Notes: generated by a model from the sequence alone, not told the origin. Positions 8,370-16,943 are shown, counted from the stretch's first letter. The stretch: DNA of 32,000 nt from Candidatus Velamenicoccus archaeovorus (GCF_004102945.1 NZ_CP019384.1:1890001-1922000); one strand, 5' to 3'. A program made the numbers and translations.

Positions 8370-8382
8370 GATTCATTTCCTC

Positions 8383-8919
8383 TTATATTGCAGGGCTAAG
8401 GCGCGCTGCCGTCCTTACATCCCCTATGGCATAAAATGCGTTAGGGTCGAATTTCTTTATAATATCTAATGTCCGGTCCAATAACTTGCGCCGCACAATT
8501 ATAAAAATAATCTTTACAGGGCCGGATGTCCCCTGTGCGTCGATTGTGGTTGCGCCGTAACCATTTGCGCGGAAATACGTTAATAAGCCAGCCGGATCCT
8601 TGTCTGTTATAAATTGAACCGCTAAATTTCCTATAGCTATTCTTTTTTCTATGGTGATGCCGACAAAAGTCCCCATGCTGAATCCGGCCGCAAAAGCAAT
8701 ATAATTTATGGGGTTATTTAAATTCTGCATTATTTGGGTGACGCCTACAAGCCAAATCAGCATTTCAAAAAACCCTATAATTGCGGCAAGCGCCCTTATC
8801 CCCCGGGTAACAAAAATAATCCTCATTGCCGCCATGCTTACATCCGCTGCGCGGGCCAGAAAAATCAAAAGGGGGATAGCTATTTGAACAAAAATGTTTT
8901 GCGGTATATAAAACTGCAT
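8383..8919 (-). CDS. UPF0316 / DUF2179 family membrane protein
   Basis: Three N-terminal transmembrane helices plus a C-terminal soluble domain (GYGATTIDAQGTSGPVKIIFIIV), typical of UPF0316. Confidence 0.7.
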   Translation of the reverse strand: MQFYIPQNIFVQIAIPLLIFLARAADVSMAAMRIIFVTRGIRALAAIIGFFEMLIWLVGVTQIMQNLNNPINYIAFAAGFSMGTFVGITIEKRIAIGNLAVQFITDKDPAGLLTYFRANGYGATTIDAQGTSGPVKIIFIIVRRKLLDRTLDIIKKFDPNAFYAIGDVRTAARLSPAI

Positions 8920-8942
8920 ATCAAATTTCTCCTTTAGACCTT

Positions 8943-9137
8943 TTATTCTTTATTGCCAAAAGAATTATCTGTCGGCGCTTCAGGCTCTCCAGGGGATGTT
9001 TTTGCCTTAAAATAAGAGCAATCCTTAAAATTCCCCAAGCAAGACTTCTTCATTAACTCTTCGCTAGGGCAAAAGGCGCCTTCAGGATGACAACTGCATA
9101 CGGTCTGCGTTTTTAACTCAAGCAGATACGGACACAT
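8943..9137 (-). CDS. 'MCPY' Cys-rich mini-protein, paralogue B
   Basis: MCPYLLELKTQTVCSCHPEGAFCPSEELMKKSCLGNFKDCSYFK. AAAGGAGG Shine-Dalgarno sequence upstream. Confidence 0.6.
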   Translation of the reverse strand: MCPYLLELKTQTVCSCHPEGAFCPSEELMKKSCLGNFKDCSYFKAKTSPGEPEAPTDNSFGNKE

Positions 9138-9151
9138 GCCGCCTCCTTTTA

Positions 9152-9185
9152 AAATCCAGGGTTAGCATCTGCTAACCCTGGATTT
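9152..9185 (-). terminator. Perfect 15-bp hairpin, candidate intrinsic terminator or attenuator
   Basis: AAATCCAGGGTTAGC / loop / GCTAACCCTGGATTT, perfectly complementary. On the minus strand it runs into TTTT, then AAAAGGAGG (the Shine-Dalgarno sequence of paralogue B). Confidence 0.55.
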
Positions 9186-9208
9186 GCTTAAACAGCCTAT
9201 TATTTTTG

Positions 9209-9334
9209 TTATTGAGCGGGCGCCTCTTTATTTTCGCTCGCTTCTTCAATTATCGTAATAACATCTCCTACTGCGATACTGGCCTGTTCAAGCGCTTCTT
9301 TCAGCTGCTGAAGAGACATCTGTTTCTCTGCCAT
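9209..9334 (-). CDS. Candidate 41-aa small protein (MAEKQMSLQQLKEALEQASIAVGDVITIIEEASENKEAPAQ)
   Basis: GGAAGGAGGTG Shine-Dalgarno sequence 3 nt upstream of the ATG at 9334. The hairpin at 9152-9185 follows it. Below the ORF-track cutoff. Confidence 0.4.
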   Translation of the reverse strand: MAEKQMSLQQLKEALEQASIAVGDVITIIEEASENKEAPAQ

Positions 9335-9512
9335 ATGCACCTCCTTCCTGGTTTAAGCTTGTGTCAGTAAATGCCTCTATTTTAAAATACGGACAATCCC
9401 TGAATCTGCTAAAACAAAAATCATGCCTTCTTTGAAGACTCGGGCAAAATAACGTTCCTGGATAACAAGCGCATAAACTCTGGAGTTTTGAATTAATAAA
9501 ATATGGACACAT
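9288..9512 (-). CDS. 'MCPY' Cys-rich mini-protein, paralogue C
   Basis: MCPYFINSKLQSLCACYPGTLFCPSLQRRHDFCFSRFRDCPYFK. The preferred start is the ATG at 9512, with AAGGAGG 6 nt upstream; the track ORF extends to 9542. The non-conserved tail overlaps the 41-aa ORF. Confidence 0.6.
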   Translation of the reverse strand: MCPYFINSKLQSLCACYPGTLFCPSLQRRHDFCFSRFRDCPYFKIEAFTDTSLNQEGGAYGRETDVSSAAERSA

Positions 9513-9558
9513 AATGAACCTCCTTGCCCCCTTGTTTAACATAAGGGCCTTTTATTAC

Positions 9559-10287
9559 TTACGCGGGAGAATCTGTATATATTAGTTTTTCGATTTTCTT
9601 GACCAGCCCGGCTGCGTCTTCTGATTTATCGTAATACTCATCGGCATTAGGAAGGAAGAATTGTTGGTCATTTTGATTAAAAACGCTGGCGACTAATATT
9701 TTTATGCCCGGGAACTCTTTTTTTATCTGCTCATAAATTTCAAACCCGCTCTGTTTGGGCATGGCAAGGTCAAGGATTACTAAGGCAACCTCATTACTTT
9801 TCCTTAATATATCTAAACCGGCATTACCGTCATGGGCTTCAATGATGCGGTAGCCGTATTCCTCTAAATAGTGGCGGTATACCTTCCTGATACGGGGCTC
9901 ATCGTCAATCACCAATATGCTTTTTTGCTGTTTTATACTACGTTCGGCCTTCTTGATTTTTTCCAGCAGCAAATCCAGGCCTTGCGCTTTATCATAATAA
10001 TCAGCGGCACCCTCAATCATCTTCTTCTGCTCGTCAACAGGATAAACGCTTGCGACGATTACTTTGACTTTCTTGTAAGATCTCTGCATCATATCGTAAA
10101 AAATACTACCGTAAACCTGCGGCATTTTTATATCAAGTAGCATTATATCTACGGGCTCTTTATTTAATATACAGGATGCCTGGATGGCATCGGGAGCATC
10201 AAGAACTTCAAAGCCTTCATTTTTAAGCATCGTGTGATACATTTTCCTTACCTTATCTTCATCTTCAACAATAAGAATTTTGGTCAT
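9559..10287 (-). CDS. Response regulator with two tandem receiver domains and no output domain
   Basis: Two REC units: ILIVEDE...MLLDIKMP and ILVIDDE...VILDLAMPKQSG. Confidence 0.85.
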   Translation of the reverse strand: MTKILIVEDEDKVRKMYHTMLKNEGFEVLDAPDAIQASCILNKEPVDIMLLDIKMPQVYGSIFYDMMQRSYKKVKVIVASVYPVDEQKKMIEGAADYYDKAQGLDLLLEKIKKAERSIKQQKSILVIDDEPRIRKVYRHYLEEYGYRIIEAHDGNAGLDILRKSNEVALVILDLAMPKQSGFEIYEQIKKEFPGIKILVASVFNQNDQQFFLPNADEYYDKSEDAAGLVKKIEKLIYTDSPA

Positions 10288-10484
10288 TTTTGCTCCTCTA
10301 AATGAGCGGGCGGCTGCAGAGTTAAACTACATTTCCTAATAAATCTCCACAGCCACCCAAATTTTCTTTTTTTCTTTTTATCCTGCCATAAGTATAACTT
10401 ATGACGGATTAAAGAAACGTTAAAAAGAAATTAAAATTTTTAATAATTAGCTGTTCGAAAAATGGGGGAAGAATTTAAGATTTG

Positions 10485-11516
10485 TTAATTAAGAAGAGGG
10501 ATGGAAACGGAAAAATTAGAGCCTTGCCCCGCACGGCTGGTTACTGAAATTTCACCTCCATGCAGTTCGGCTATTGATTGGGCGATGCTCAAACCTAATC
10601 CGCTGCTGGGAGAACTGTCTTTAGTCTTTCCTTCGATACGGAAAAACTTTTCAAAAAGTTTTGGCATATTCTCTTCTTCAATGCCAATTCCTGTATCCAC
10701 GATAGAAACAAGGGCTTTTTGGTTTTCGTATTTTAAACTTATACCAATGCTGCCGTTATCGGGGGTAAATTTTATCGCATTATCTATTAGATTTAAAAAT
10801 AAACGCCTCAAGTGCAGCTCATCCGCGTTGATTGTGCCTGCCTCTTGCGGAATATCAATGTTTACTATTATATTCTTTGGGGAAGCTAAAATTTTCGCCT
10901 GCTCATAAATTATCCCTATAAATTGAGTTAATTCGATTTGCTCAAATTTCAGAACATCTGGCTGGTAATTCATTTTAGTCAGCAGCAGCAAATCCTCGAT
11001 GATTTTAAGCATCCTCTTGGTCTCTTCCAGGCTGACGCTGATGACTCTTTTATATTCTTCTTTGTCTCTTTCCTTTTTTAAGGCAAATTCCGACTCCCCC
11101 CGGATAATGGCTATCGGGGTTTTTAATTCGTGGGCGATATATGAACTCGAATCCGTGATATACTCGAATGACTCCCCCAGCCGCGAAACCATATCATTAA
11201 AAGCTTGTATCAAACTGCGCAACTCTTCATCAACATTCTCTGCTTTGACTCTCAGGCTTAAATCTTCATGAGTAACGTTGTTGGCGGTATCGGTAATTTC
11301 TTTAATTGGCCTTAAAATCCTTGCAACAATCACCCGGCCGATAAAATACCCGAATAATAAAGTTATAGGGATAGGGATTAATATATAAAGCAGTTTATTG
11401 TCTTTTAGCGCAGCCGAAGGAATAATAAATAAGAAAGCAATATATAAAGATAATAAAACCCCTAATATGGATGCGTATAATATGCTGATTTTTAATTTAA
11501 TGGTTTTAGCGCGCAT
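10485..11516 (-). CDS. Sensor histidine kinase (2 transmembrane helices, HAMP, HisKA, HATPase_c)
   Basis: H-box AHELKTPIA, N-box LIDNAIKFTP, G1 box DTGIGI and G2 box GLGLSIA. Confidence 0.9.
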   Translation of the reverse strand: MRAKTIKLKISILYASILGVLLSLYIAFLFIIPSAALKDNKLLYILIPIPITLLFGYFIGRVIVARILRPIKEITDTANNVTHEDLSLRVKAENVDEELRSLIQAFNDMVSRLGESFEYITDSSSYIAHELKTPIAIIRGESEFALKKERDKEEYKRVISVSLEETKRMLKIIEDLLLLTKMNYQPDVLKFEQIELTQFIGIIYEQAKILASPKNIIVNIDIPQEAGTINADELHLRRLFLNLIDNAIKFTPDNGSIGISLKYENQKALVSIVDTGIGIEEENMPKLFEKFFRIEGKTKDSSPSSGLGLSIAQSIAELHGGEISVTSRAGQGSNFSVSIPLLN

Positions 11517-11518
11517 TC

Positions 11519-12187
11519 CTATTCCTTTAAAACATACCCTTTCCCATGAATGGTATGGATAAGCTGCTTTTTCTGTCCTTTATCAATCTTATTGCGCAAA
11601 AAATTCATATACACATCAATAACGTTAGTGAAGCTGTCAAAATCCTCATGCCATACGTGCTCAGAAATCATAGTCCTAGTGACGACATGGGTGGCATTAA
11701 GCATAAGGTATTCCAAAAGGGCAAACTCTTTACTGGTGAGCTGGATTTCTTTTCCGGCCCGGGCAACTTTATGCCTGAGCTGATCCATTTCCAGGTCGGC
11801 AATCTTAAGAATGCCGGTTTTGTCCTGCTTATTTCTCCTCAGCAGCGCGCTGATTCTGGCTAAGAGCTCTTCAAAAGCAAACGGCTTAGCCAGATAATCA
11901 TCGGCGCCGGAATTCAAACCTAAAACCCTATCCCGTACCCTGTCTTTGGAGGTAAGCATCAAAACAGGCACATTTATTTTCTTGCTCCTGAGTTCCCGAC
12001 ACACAGTAATACCGTCCTTAACCGGCAGAATAACATCAAGGATTATAAGATCATATGGGTTAATTTCAGCTTGGAATAAAGCCTTCTCTCCGTCATTGAC
12101 CACATCAACCACATAATCTTCTTCTTTCAGGCCGCGCTGGATAAAACTGGCCATCTTTATTTCATCTTCAACTAATAAAATTCTCAA
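11519..12187 (-). CDS. OmpR-family response regulator (CusR/CopR-like)
   Basis: Receiver domain MRILLVEDE...LDVILPVKDG...KPF, plus a winged-helix C-terminus ending IHTIHGKGYVLK. Located 2 nt upstream of the kinase gene. Confidence 0.9.
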   Translation of the reverse strand: MRILLVEDEIKMASFIQRGLKEEDYVVDVVNDGEKALFQAEINPYDLIILDVILPVKDGITVCRELRSKKINVPVLMLTSKDRVRDRVLGLNSGADDYLAKPFAFEELLARISALLRRNKQDKTGILKIADLEMDQLRHKVARAGKEIQLTSKEFALLEYLMLNATHVVTRTMISEHVWHEDFDSFTNVIDVYMNFLRNKIDKGQKKQLIHTIHGKGYVLKE

Positions 12188-12208
12188 AACCCTGCTCCTT
12201 TTTTAATA

Positions 12209-13669
12209 TTACTGCGCAAGCTGCGAGAAGATGTTTTGCAGCATAGTTAAATCACGCTGATTAGCAAGGACCAAAAGGACATCTCCCCCTTCTATAATTG
12301 TATAGCCATTTGGAATGATAAATTTATCGTTGCGGGAAATAAGCACTATCAATGCATCCGGGGGAACGCTTAATTCAATAATTGGCCTGCCGACAACGCC
12401 TGCATTATACGGGACAATAATATCGGTTAATTCGGCATCAATACCTTCTGTCTTTTCGAATTCAAGGGGATAACGTGTTTTATTAGTCCAGGGAAGGTCC
12501 AGTTTCAATACTTTAGCGACAACCGGGATAGAAGTGCCTTGGATAAGAACCGAGGCGATAACAATAAAGAAGACAATATTAAAAATGCTGTCTGCCTGCG
12601 CGATACCCGCCATGAAAGGAAATGTCGCCAGGATAATCGGAACCGAGCCCCTAAGGCCAACCCATGCGACCATGGCTTTTTTGCGCATGTTCATTTTAAA
12701 CGGCAACAGACACAGCAATACGCTGACAGGACGGGCAACCACCATAAGAAGAAACGTCAATAACAATCCCGGGCCTATTAACGGAATAATATGGGAAGGA
12801 AAAACGAGTAGGCCCAATGTTATAAACATCGCGATTTGCATCAGCCATGCCAGGCCGTCATGAAATCTTGTAATCATCCTCTTATTCGGAAAGTCTGCCT
12901 GGCCAAGCATCAGGCCTGCAACATACACCGCCAGTATCCCATTGCCTTTCAGGAAAACTGCGATTACATAAGTCAAAAGGATCAAAGAAATAACCACGGC
13001 CGGATACAGCCCTTCGTAGTACAATTTCAGGCGGTTAATGGAATAAACAATGACTTTGGCCATCAAATAGCCTATAACCGCGCCCATGCCCATATCCAGA
13101 AAAAACCTGGGAATCAAAGCGGCGATACCCATATTCTTGGCAGTCAGGATAGCAAGAAAACCGACGGTCAAAAATACCGCCATCGGATCATTGCTGCCGG
13201 ATTCAAATTCAAGTAATGGCTTCAGGGGCTGTTTTAAGCTTATTCGTTTTGACCTTAAGATACTAAATACTGCTGCAGCATCAGTGGAGGAAACAATGGA
13301 GCCGAGAAGCATTCCTTGAAGCAGAGAAAATTTAAAGATATACACGGCAAAAAAACCTGTTATGACTGCGGTTAGCAAAACTCCTAAGGTGGAAAGAATA
13401 ATTCCCGGCCAAACTATCGGCTTAGTATCTTTCCAGTTAGTATCAAGGCCGCCGGAAAAAATGATAAAAATAAGGGCGATGACTCCGATGGATTTAGCCA
13501 GCCGCGCATTATCAAAATAAACCCTGCCGATCCCTTCCGATCCGGCGAGCATCCCGATTACCAAGAATAGCAACAAAGCAGGTATAGCGAACCTGTCCGA
13601 AAGCTTGCTTGAGACAGCGCTCACGAATATTAGCACCGCAACCCATAATAAAATTGTTTCAAACGCCAT
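12209..13669 (-). CDS. nhaP2: K+/H+ antiporter, NhaP2/CvrA type, with a TrkA-C domain
   Basis: The N-terminus resembles CvrA (IPALLLFLVIGMLAGSEGIG...FDN). About 12 transmembrane segments. C-terminal TrkA_C-like region IIEGGDVLLVLAN. Confidence 0.85.
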   Translation of the reverse strand: MAFETILLWVAVLIFVSAVSSKLSDRFAIPALLLFLVIGMLAGSEGIGRVYFDNARLAKSIGVIALIFIIFSGGLDTNWKDTKPIVWPGIILSTLGVLLTAVITGFFAVYIFKFSLLQGMLLGSIVSSTDAAAVFSILRSKRISLKQPLKPLLEFESGSNDPMAVFLTVGFLAILTAKNMGIAALIPRFFLDMGMGAVIGYLMAKVIVYSINRLKLYYEGLYPAVVISLILLTYVIAVFLKGNGILAVYVAGLMLGQADFPNKRMITRFHDGLAWLMQIAMFITLGLLVFPSHIIPLIGPGLLLTFLLMVVARPVSVLLCLLPFKMNMRKKAMVAWVGLRGSVPIILATFPFMAGIAQADSIFNIVFFIVIASVLIQGTSIPVVAKVLKLDLPWTNKTRYPLEFEKTEGIDAELTDIIVPYNAGVVGRPIIELSVPPDALIVLISRNDKFIIPNGYTIIEGGDVLLVLANQRDLTMLQNIFSQLAQ

Positions 13670-13689
13670 AATTAACTTTTCCTATTAGG

Positions 13690-14325
13690 CTATTCCCGTG
13701 TTTGTTTTGTATCGTGATCTTCGTGTTCTGCCTGCATAGTTTCTTCGTGATGCCCGCCTTTGCCAGCGATAGCGGTATGAATGCCCTCCACATAATGTAT
13801 ATATTGGACATACGCCTCAACATACTCCCGTCCAGTCTCAACGCTTTCATCTTTATGCTTTCTAGTCTCAATCGCACGATTAAACCGCTCTGTAACGCCT
13901 TCTGTTAAGTGGTGGGTCATTTTATCCGTTAATTCAGTAACCGAACCAGCATCGAACGCCTTATCCGCCTCTGCCACTATCGGCTCAACCTCTCCTGCTG
14001 GTTTTAAGCCCGTGAAAGAAGCGCCTTCACCAGCCCGATGAATACGGATAAGCGTCTCAAAGAATTTCTTCTCCGAGGCTTCTTTGTTTTGAGGATTCTT
14101 CGTCCTTTCAACCGTGGCCATTTGAAAGGCCGAACGAACTTCTGACTCAGCATCTTTTTTAACCCATTTCAAAATCGGCGTAACGTCGTTTTTCTCTAAA
14201 GCAACCTGCGCATCCTTGACTACCGGTCCGTCCATCGTGTCACAGTGGGCAAATACCTTACCCGGCATAAAAGTCATCGCCAAGAATAAGACCGAGATAA
14301 ACACTGCACCATTGATTTTGCTCAT
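13690..14325 (-). CDS. Secreted His-rich protein of unknown function (DUF6448-like by recollection)
   Basis: Signal peptide ...MTFMPGKVFA, then HCDTMDGPVV. His-rich C-terminus GKGGHHEETMQAEHEDHD. AAGGAGG Shine-Dalgarno sequence. Confidence 0.55.
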   Translation of the reverse strand: MSKINGAVFISVLFLAMTFMPGKVFAHCDTMDGPVVKDAQVALEKNDVTPILKWVKKDAESEVRSAFQMATVERTKNPQNKEASEKKFFETLIRIHRAGEGASFTGLKPAGEVEPIVAEADKAFDAGSVTELTDKMTHHLTEGVTERFNRAIETRKHKDESVETGREYVEAYVQYIHYVEGIHTAIAGKGGHHEETMQAEHEDHDTKQTRE

Positions 14326-14410
14326 ATAATGCCTCCTTTTTCTTCGATCCGGACGGCTATCTTTAAGATTTCTGCTGCCTTAAATATCTCTGCCATCAAG
14401 AACCCCTTTT

Positions 14411-14758
14411 CTATTTTGCTTCAAGGTATTCTTTTAGAGCCTGCGCATTATTGTGTTTGTCGTCTTTTGCAGCATACAAAAGCGTTATGTTGCTTTCAGA
14501 CTTTTTTGGAATTTGAGCGATAACATCTTTCTTTTTATCAAGCTCATTAAAATATCTGCGTTTAAACTCTTTCCATTTTGCCGGGTCATGGGCAAACCAT
14601 TTTCGCAGATGGTCGCTTGGGGCAATATCTTTAAACCAAAGATCGATCTTTGCCTTTTCTTTGCTTATGCCTCTCGGCCACAGCCTATCAACAAGGATTC
14701 TGAAGCCATCAGCTTTCATAGGACTTTCATAAATTCTTTTTATTTTTATCATCTTCAC
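14411..14758 (-). CDS. yeaO: DUF488 family protein, YeaO-like
   Basis: [17 protein letters not shown]...LRKWF...LLYAAKD closely parallels E. coli YeaO ([17 protein letters not shown]...LLYSAKN). Confidence 0.8.
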   Translation of the reverse strand: MKMIKIKRIYESPMKADGFRILVDRLWPRGISKEKAKIDLWFKDIAPSDHLRKWFAHDPAKWKEFKRRYFNELDKKKDVIAQIPKKSESNITLLYAAKDDKHNNAQALKEYLEAK

Positions 14759-15084
14759 TGGTTTTTAATCATAACTAAAAGCATCTTAAATTTCTGCATA
14801 GCCTTCAAAGCGTGCGGTTTGTTTGCAGGTATGATGATCATTTCGCCTTTTTTCACAATAGAAGGCTTACCGGAAATCTTAATTTCGGCCCGGCCATCCA
14901 CAAGATAAACTAGCGCGTCAAACGGAGCCGTATGCTCGCTTAAACCCTGTCCTTTATCAAACGCAAATAGGGTAACGGTGCCAGTATCTTTCTTCACGAT
15001 TTCCTGACTGACGATTGCGTCAGCCTGATACTTGAGTAGATCCGAAAGGACGAATGCTTTAGCTAATAATTTATTTACCTTCAT
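14755..15084 (-). CDS. Cupin-domain protein
   Basis: Cupin_2 layout: [24 protein letters not shown]...[14 protein letters not shown]. Confidence 0.75.
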   Translation of the reverse strand: MKVNKLLAKAFVLSDLLKYQADAIVSQEIVKKDTGTVTLFAFDKGQGLSEHTAPFDALVYLVDGRAEIKISGKPSIVKKGEMIIIPANKPHALKAMQKFKMLLVMIKNQ

Positions 15085-15616
15085 TTTTCTCCCATTCTAA
15101 AACGATATTCTTATATATGGCGTGGATAAACTGGCGGTCAAAATCGTTAAACTCAACCAGCATAGCGGATTGTTCATCTTTGGTGAAATAATTCATCACC
15201 GGCAAAAAGAAATGCTTATCTTCTTTTTCAATATGCTTGGGATAAAACTTCACAAGGATACCCATATTCCCTACAATTACCTTGACCGAATCTTTTTCTC
15301 CAGCAAGATATTTATTTCTGGCCTCAACGAGCTTTTGGGTATTTTCTCTGCCGAGAGCGTGCTCTTTGACAAGCTCATCCATGATCCTTTTGTGCTCTGT
15401 GGACAACTGTTTTTTAGCCAAATCCCTGAATAGAATATCTTCTTCCTTGCCGTGGTGCAGGCGGTCGGCATAGGTCTTTATAAAATCAACCGCTGTCCGG
15501 ATAAACTCCATATCAGGCGCAAGACCTTGCCCGATCTTTTGCACTTCCTTGCCCATAAGAGCGATCATCCGCTCTATAAGCCTGTGCTCAATCATTAAAG
15601 GGCCGACTGGTAACAT
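15071..15616 (-). CDS. Hemerythrin-like (HHE cation-binding) domain protein
   Basis: PLMIEHRLIERM...HHGKEEDILF...HIEKEDKHFF: repeated His/Glu ligand motifs of hemerythrin-like domains. Confidence 0.7.
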   Translation of the reverse strand: MLPVGPLMIEHRLIERMIALMGKEVQKIGQGLAPDMEFIRTAVDFIKTYADRLHHGKEEDILFRDLAKKQLSTEHKRIMDELVKEHALGRENTQKLVEARNKYLAGEKDSVKVIVGNMGILVKFYPKHIEKEDKHFFLPVMNYFTKDEQSAMLVEFNDFDRQFIHAIYKNIVLEWEKNEGK

Positions 15617-15682
15617 GGCTTTCCTTTCATTTGATAAATCTACAAATGATTCAAATCATCCCTTTAAATTTGTGGATACTTT

Positions 15683-15850
15683 TCAATTCCGGCCTTTTAA
15701 ACGCCTCCTGTCTTCCTCGATCAATTCCCTAATAATGGAAACTATCGAGTAATGTTTCTTCTGCTTCTGCAGCTGGAGCGATTTCTCTTTAAGATAAAAA
15801 TATTGGTTTTCAGTAATTTCAATGGTAGTTTTTTTCATTTTTTTAGTCAT
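15683..15850 (-). CDS. Candidate ribbon-helix-helix (CopG-like) small protein, 55 aa
   Basis: MTKKMKKTTIEITENQYFYLKEKSLQLQKQKKHYSIVSIIRELIEEDRRRLKGRN has a beta-strand-then-two-helices pattern. Below the ORF-track cutoff. It sits at the host/prophage junction. Confidence 0.4.
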   Translation of the reverse strand: MTKKMKKTTIEITENQYFYLKEKSLQLQKQKKHYSIVSIIRELIEEDRRRLKGRN

Positions 15851-15960
15851 AGAGTAACTCCCGTGGGCTTCGAAAGACGTTAAAAAACAATATTCCCATA
15901 TTTACAGTTATTTGTTACCATTATACCATTCTTTTTAGTGTAATGCCATTTAAAAATAAA

Positions 15961-15993
15961 AAACCCGCCGGTTAAATTAACCGGAGGGTTTTT
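15961..15993 (-). terminator. Bidirectional intrinsic terminator closing the phage late operon
   Basis: AAACCCGCCGGTTAA-A-TTAACCGGAGGGTTT palindrome with one mismatch. It is flanked by an A-run on the left and a T-run on the right, giving U-tracts on both strands. It lies about 55 nt after the stop at 16048. Confidence 0.7.
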
Positions 15994-16047
15994 ATTTTGG
16001 TATTTTTAAGAATCAGGGGGCTGCAGAAATAGCTGACAGGATATTTT

Positions 16048-16380
16048 TTAGAAATCTACCCTTATACCGGCCTTAGCGCCTACACCTTTGCGGTCGTCAG
16101 ATTCAGCAAAACCATACCCCTCTACAAAAGGACTAACTTCGATCCCGGATTTCTTTTCCTCTTTCTTCTGATCTACCGTCACCTGCGCTCCCGGCTGAGC
16201 GATGATATGCGTGATCTGTTTCGTGGTCTGCGTAGGCATAAAGAATGCCCGATATATTGTCAGGCCCGCAAAGCCGACAAGCGCAATACCGGTCGCATAA
16301 CGCAGTGTCTTGACCCAAGGCAAAAACTGAAAGAAGCTCCCGGCGAATTTTAATAAACTAAACTTTTCGCTTTCCGACAT
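16048..16380 (-). CDS. Phage membrane protein (one transmembrane helix; C-terminus ends ...GIRVDF)
   Basis: 110-aa ORF with hydrophobic segment ATGIALVGFAGLTIYRAFF. Last gene before the terminator. Confidence 0.45.
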   Translation of the reverse strand: MSESEKFSLLKFAGSFFQFLPWVKTLRYATGIALVGFAGLTIYRAFFMPTQTTKQITHIIAQPGAQVTVDQKKEEKKSGIEVSPFVEGYGFAESDDRKGVGAKAGIRVDF

Positions 16381-16468
16381 TCTGCACCTTGCCTTTCAGC
16401 CAGAGATATAAAAACATCCCTAACCCTCCGACTATATTCCCTAAAGTAAAAGCTATAAACACCTTCAT
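16358..16468 (-). CDS. Candidate 36-aa single-transmembrane peptide (holin-like size)
   Basis: MKVFIAFTLGNIVGGLGMFLYLWLKGKVQNVGKRKV. GAGGAGGTGG Shine-Dalgarno sequence 5 nt upstream and an ATGA overlap with the upstream stop. Below the ORF-track cutoff. Confidence 0.35.
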   Translation of the reverse strand: MKVFIAFTLGNIVGGLGMFLYLWLKGKVQNVGKRKV

Positions 16469-16671
16469 TTTTCCACCTCCTCTTTTTTCGGTTTAACCTC
16501 AGCCCTTTCCAATATGCCTATAACAAGATTCATATCTTTTATAAGGCCTTGCTTAATCAGTTCGTTCATTTTTAATTTATAGAGCAGGCTCTTGTGATCC
16601 CGGATAACCAAGGCAAGCCGCCGATACTCATGCAGATCAAATTCAAGCCTTACTTTACTGATTTCTTCCAT
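16465..16671 (-). CDS. Phage hypothetical protein
   Basis: 68-aa ORF in operon register. No motif. Confidence 0.4.
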   Translation of the reverse strand: MEEISKVRLEFDLHEYRRLALVIRDHKSLLYKLKMNELIKQGLIKDMNLVIGILERAEVKPKKEEVEK

Positions 16672-16939
16672 CTCGGCTTCTTACCTTTAAATCGTTTCTT
16701 AAATCGTCGATTGCCTTCAAAATTCGGTCGTTTTCTTTTTCAAAGAATTTGCAGTGCAGATCAAACTCCGCCTTTGAAACAAACTGGCTGCGCGGCATAT
16801 GTATCTGGTCATTCGCTAGGTGCTGAAAGAGCTTCTCGTCAATGCGGCTCACCTGCGCCATAATCGTGCCGAGCATAAAAATGGCGATTGTTACTAAGAC
16901 CGGCGTAATATATTTTGTCCAGTTCCCGCTATTCTGCAT
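16655..16939 (-). CDS. Phage membrane-anchored coiled-coil protein
   Basis: The preferred start MQNSGNWTKY at 16939 avoids overlap with the upstream gene. N-terminal transmembrane helix ITPVLVTIAIFMLGTIMAQV, then a helical region. Confidence 0.45.
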   Translation of the reverse strand: MQNSGNWTKYITPVLVTIAIFMLGTIMAQVSRIDEKLFQHLANDQIHMPRSQFVSKAEFDLHCKFFEKENDRILKAIDDLRNDLKVRSRDGRNQ

Positions 16940-16943
16940 AAGA

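Noticed and set aside
8188-8376. 62-aa minus-strand ORF overlapping MCPY paralogue A in another frame
   Set aside because: The 8178-8369 frame is the one conserved with paralogues B and C; the alternative frame has no paralogue support. The nested alternative-frame ORFs at 16133-16318, 17130-17330, 19057-19272, 15277-15471 and 13659-13877 are rejected in the same way, as embedded in better-supported genes.
10288-10484. 197-nt intergenic region between the kinase gene and the tandem-receiver gene, checked for a sigma54 promoter, riboswitch or sRNA
   Set aside because: One TGGCAG is present, but there is no properly spaced TTGC element and no convincing conserved-looking structure. It is most likely an ordinary AT-rich promoter region.
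15900-16100. Compositional (G+C) step at the prophage boundary
   Set aside because: Hand counts of individual 60-nt lines gave 27-55% G+C within the host part alone and about 53% in the phage part. That is too noisy to call by eye. A sliding-window G+C and codon-usage calculation is needed.
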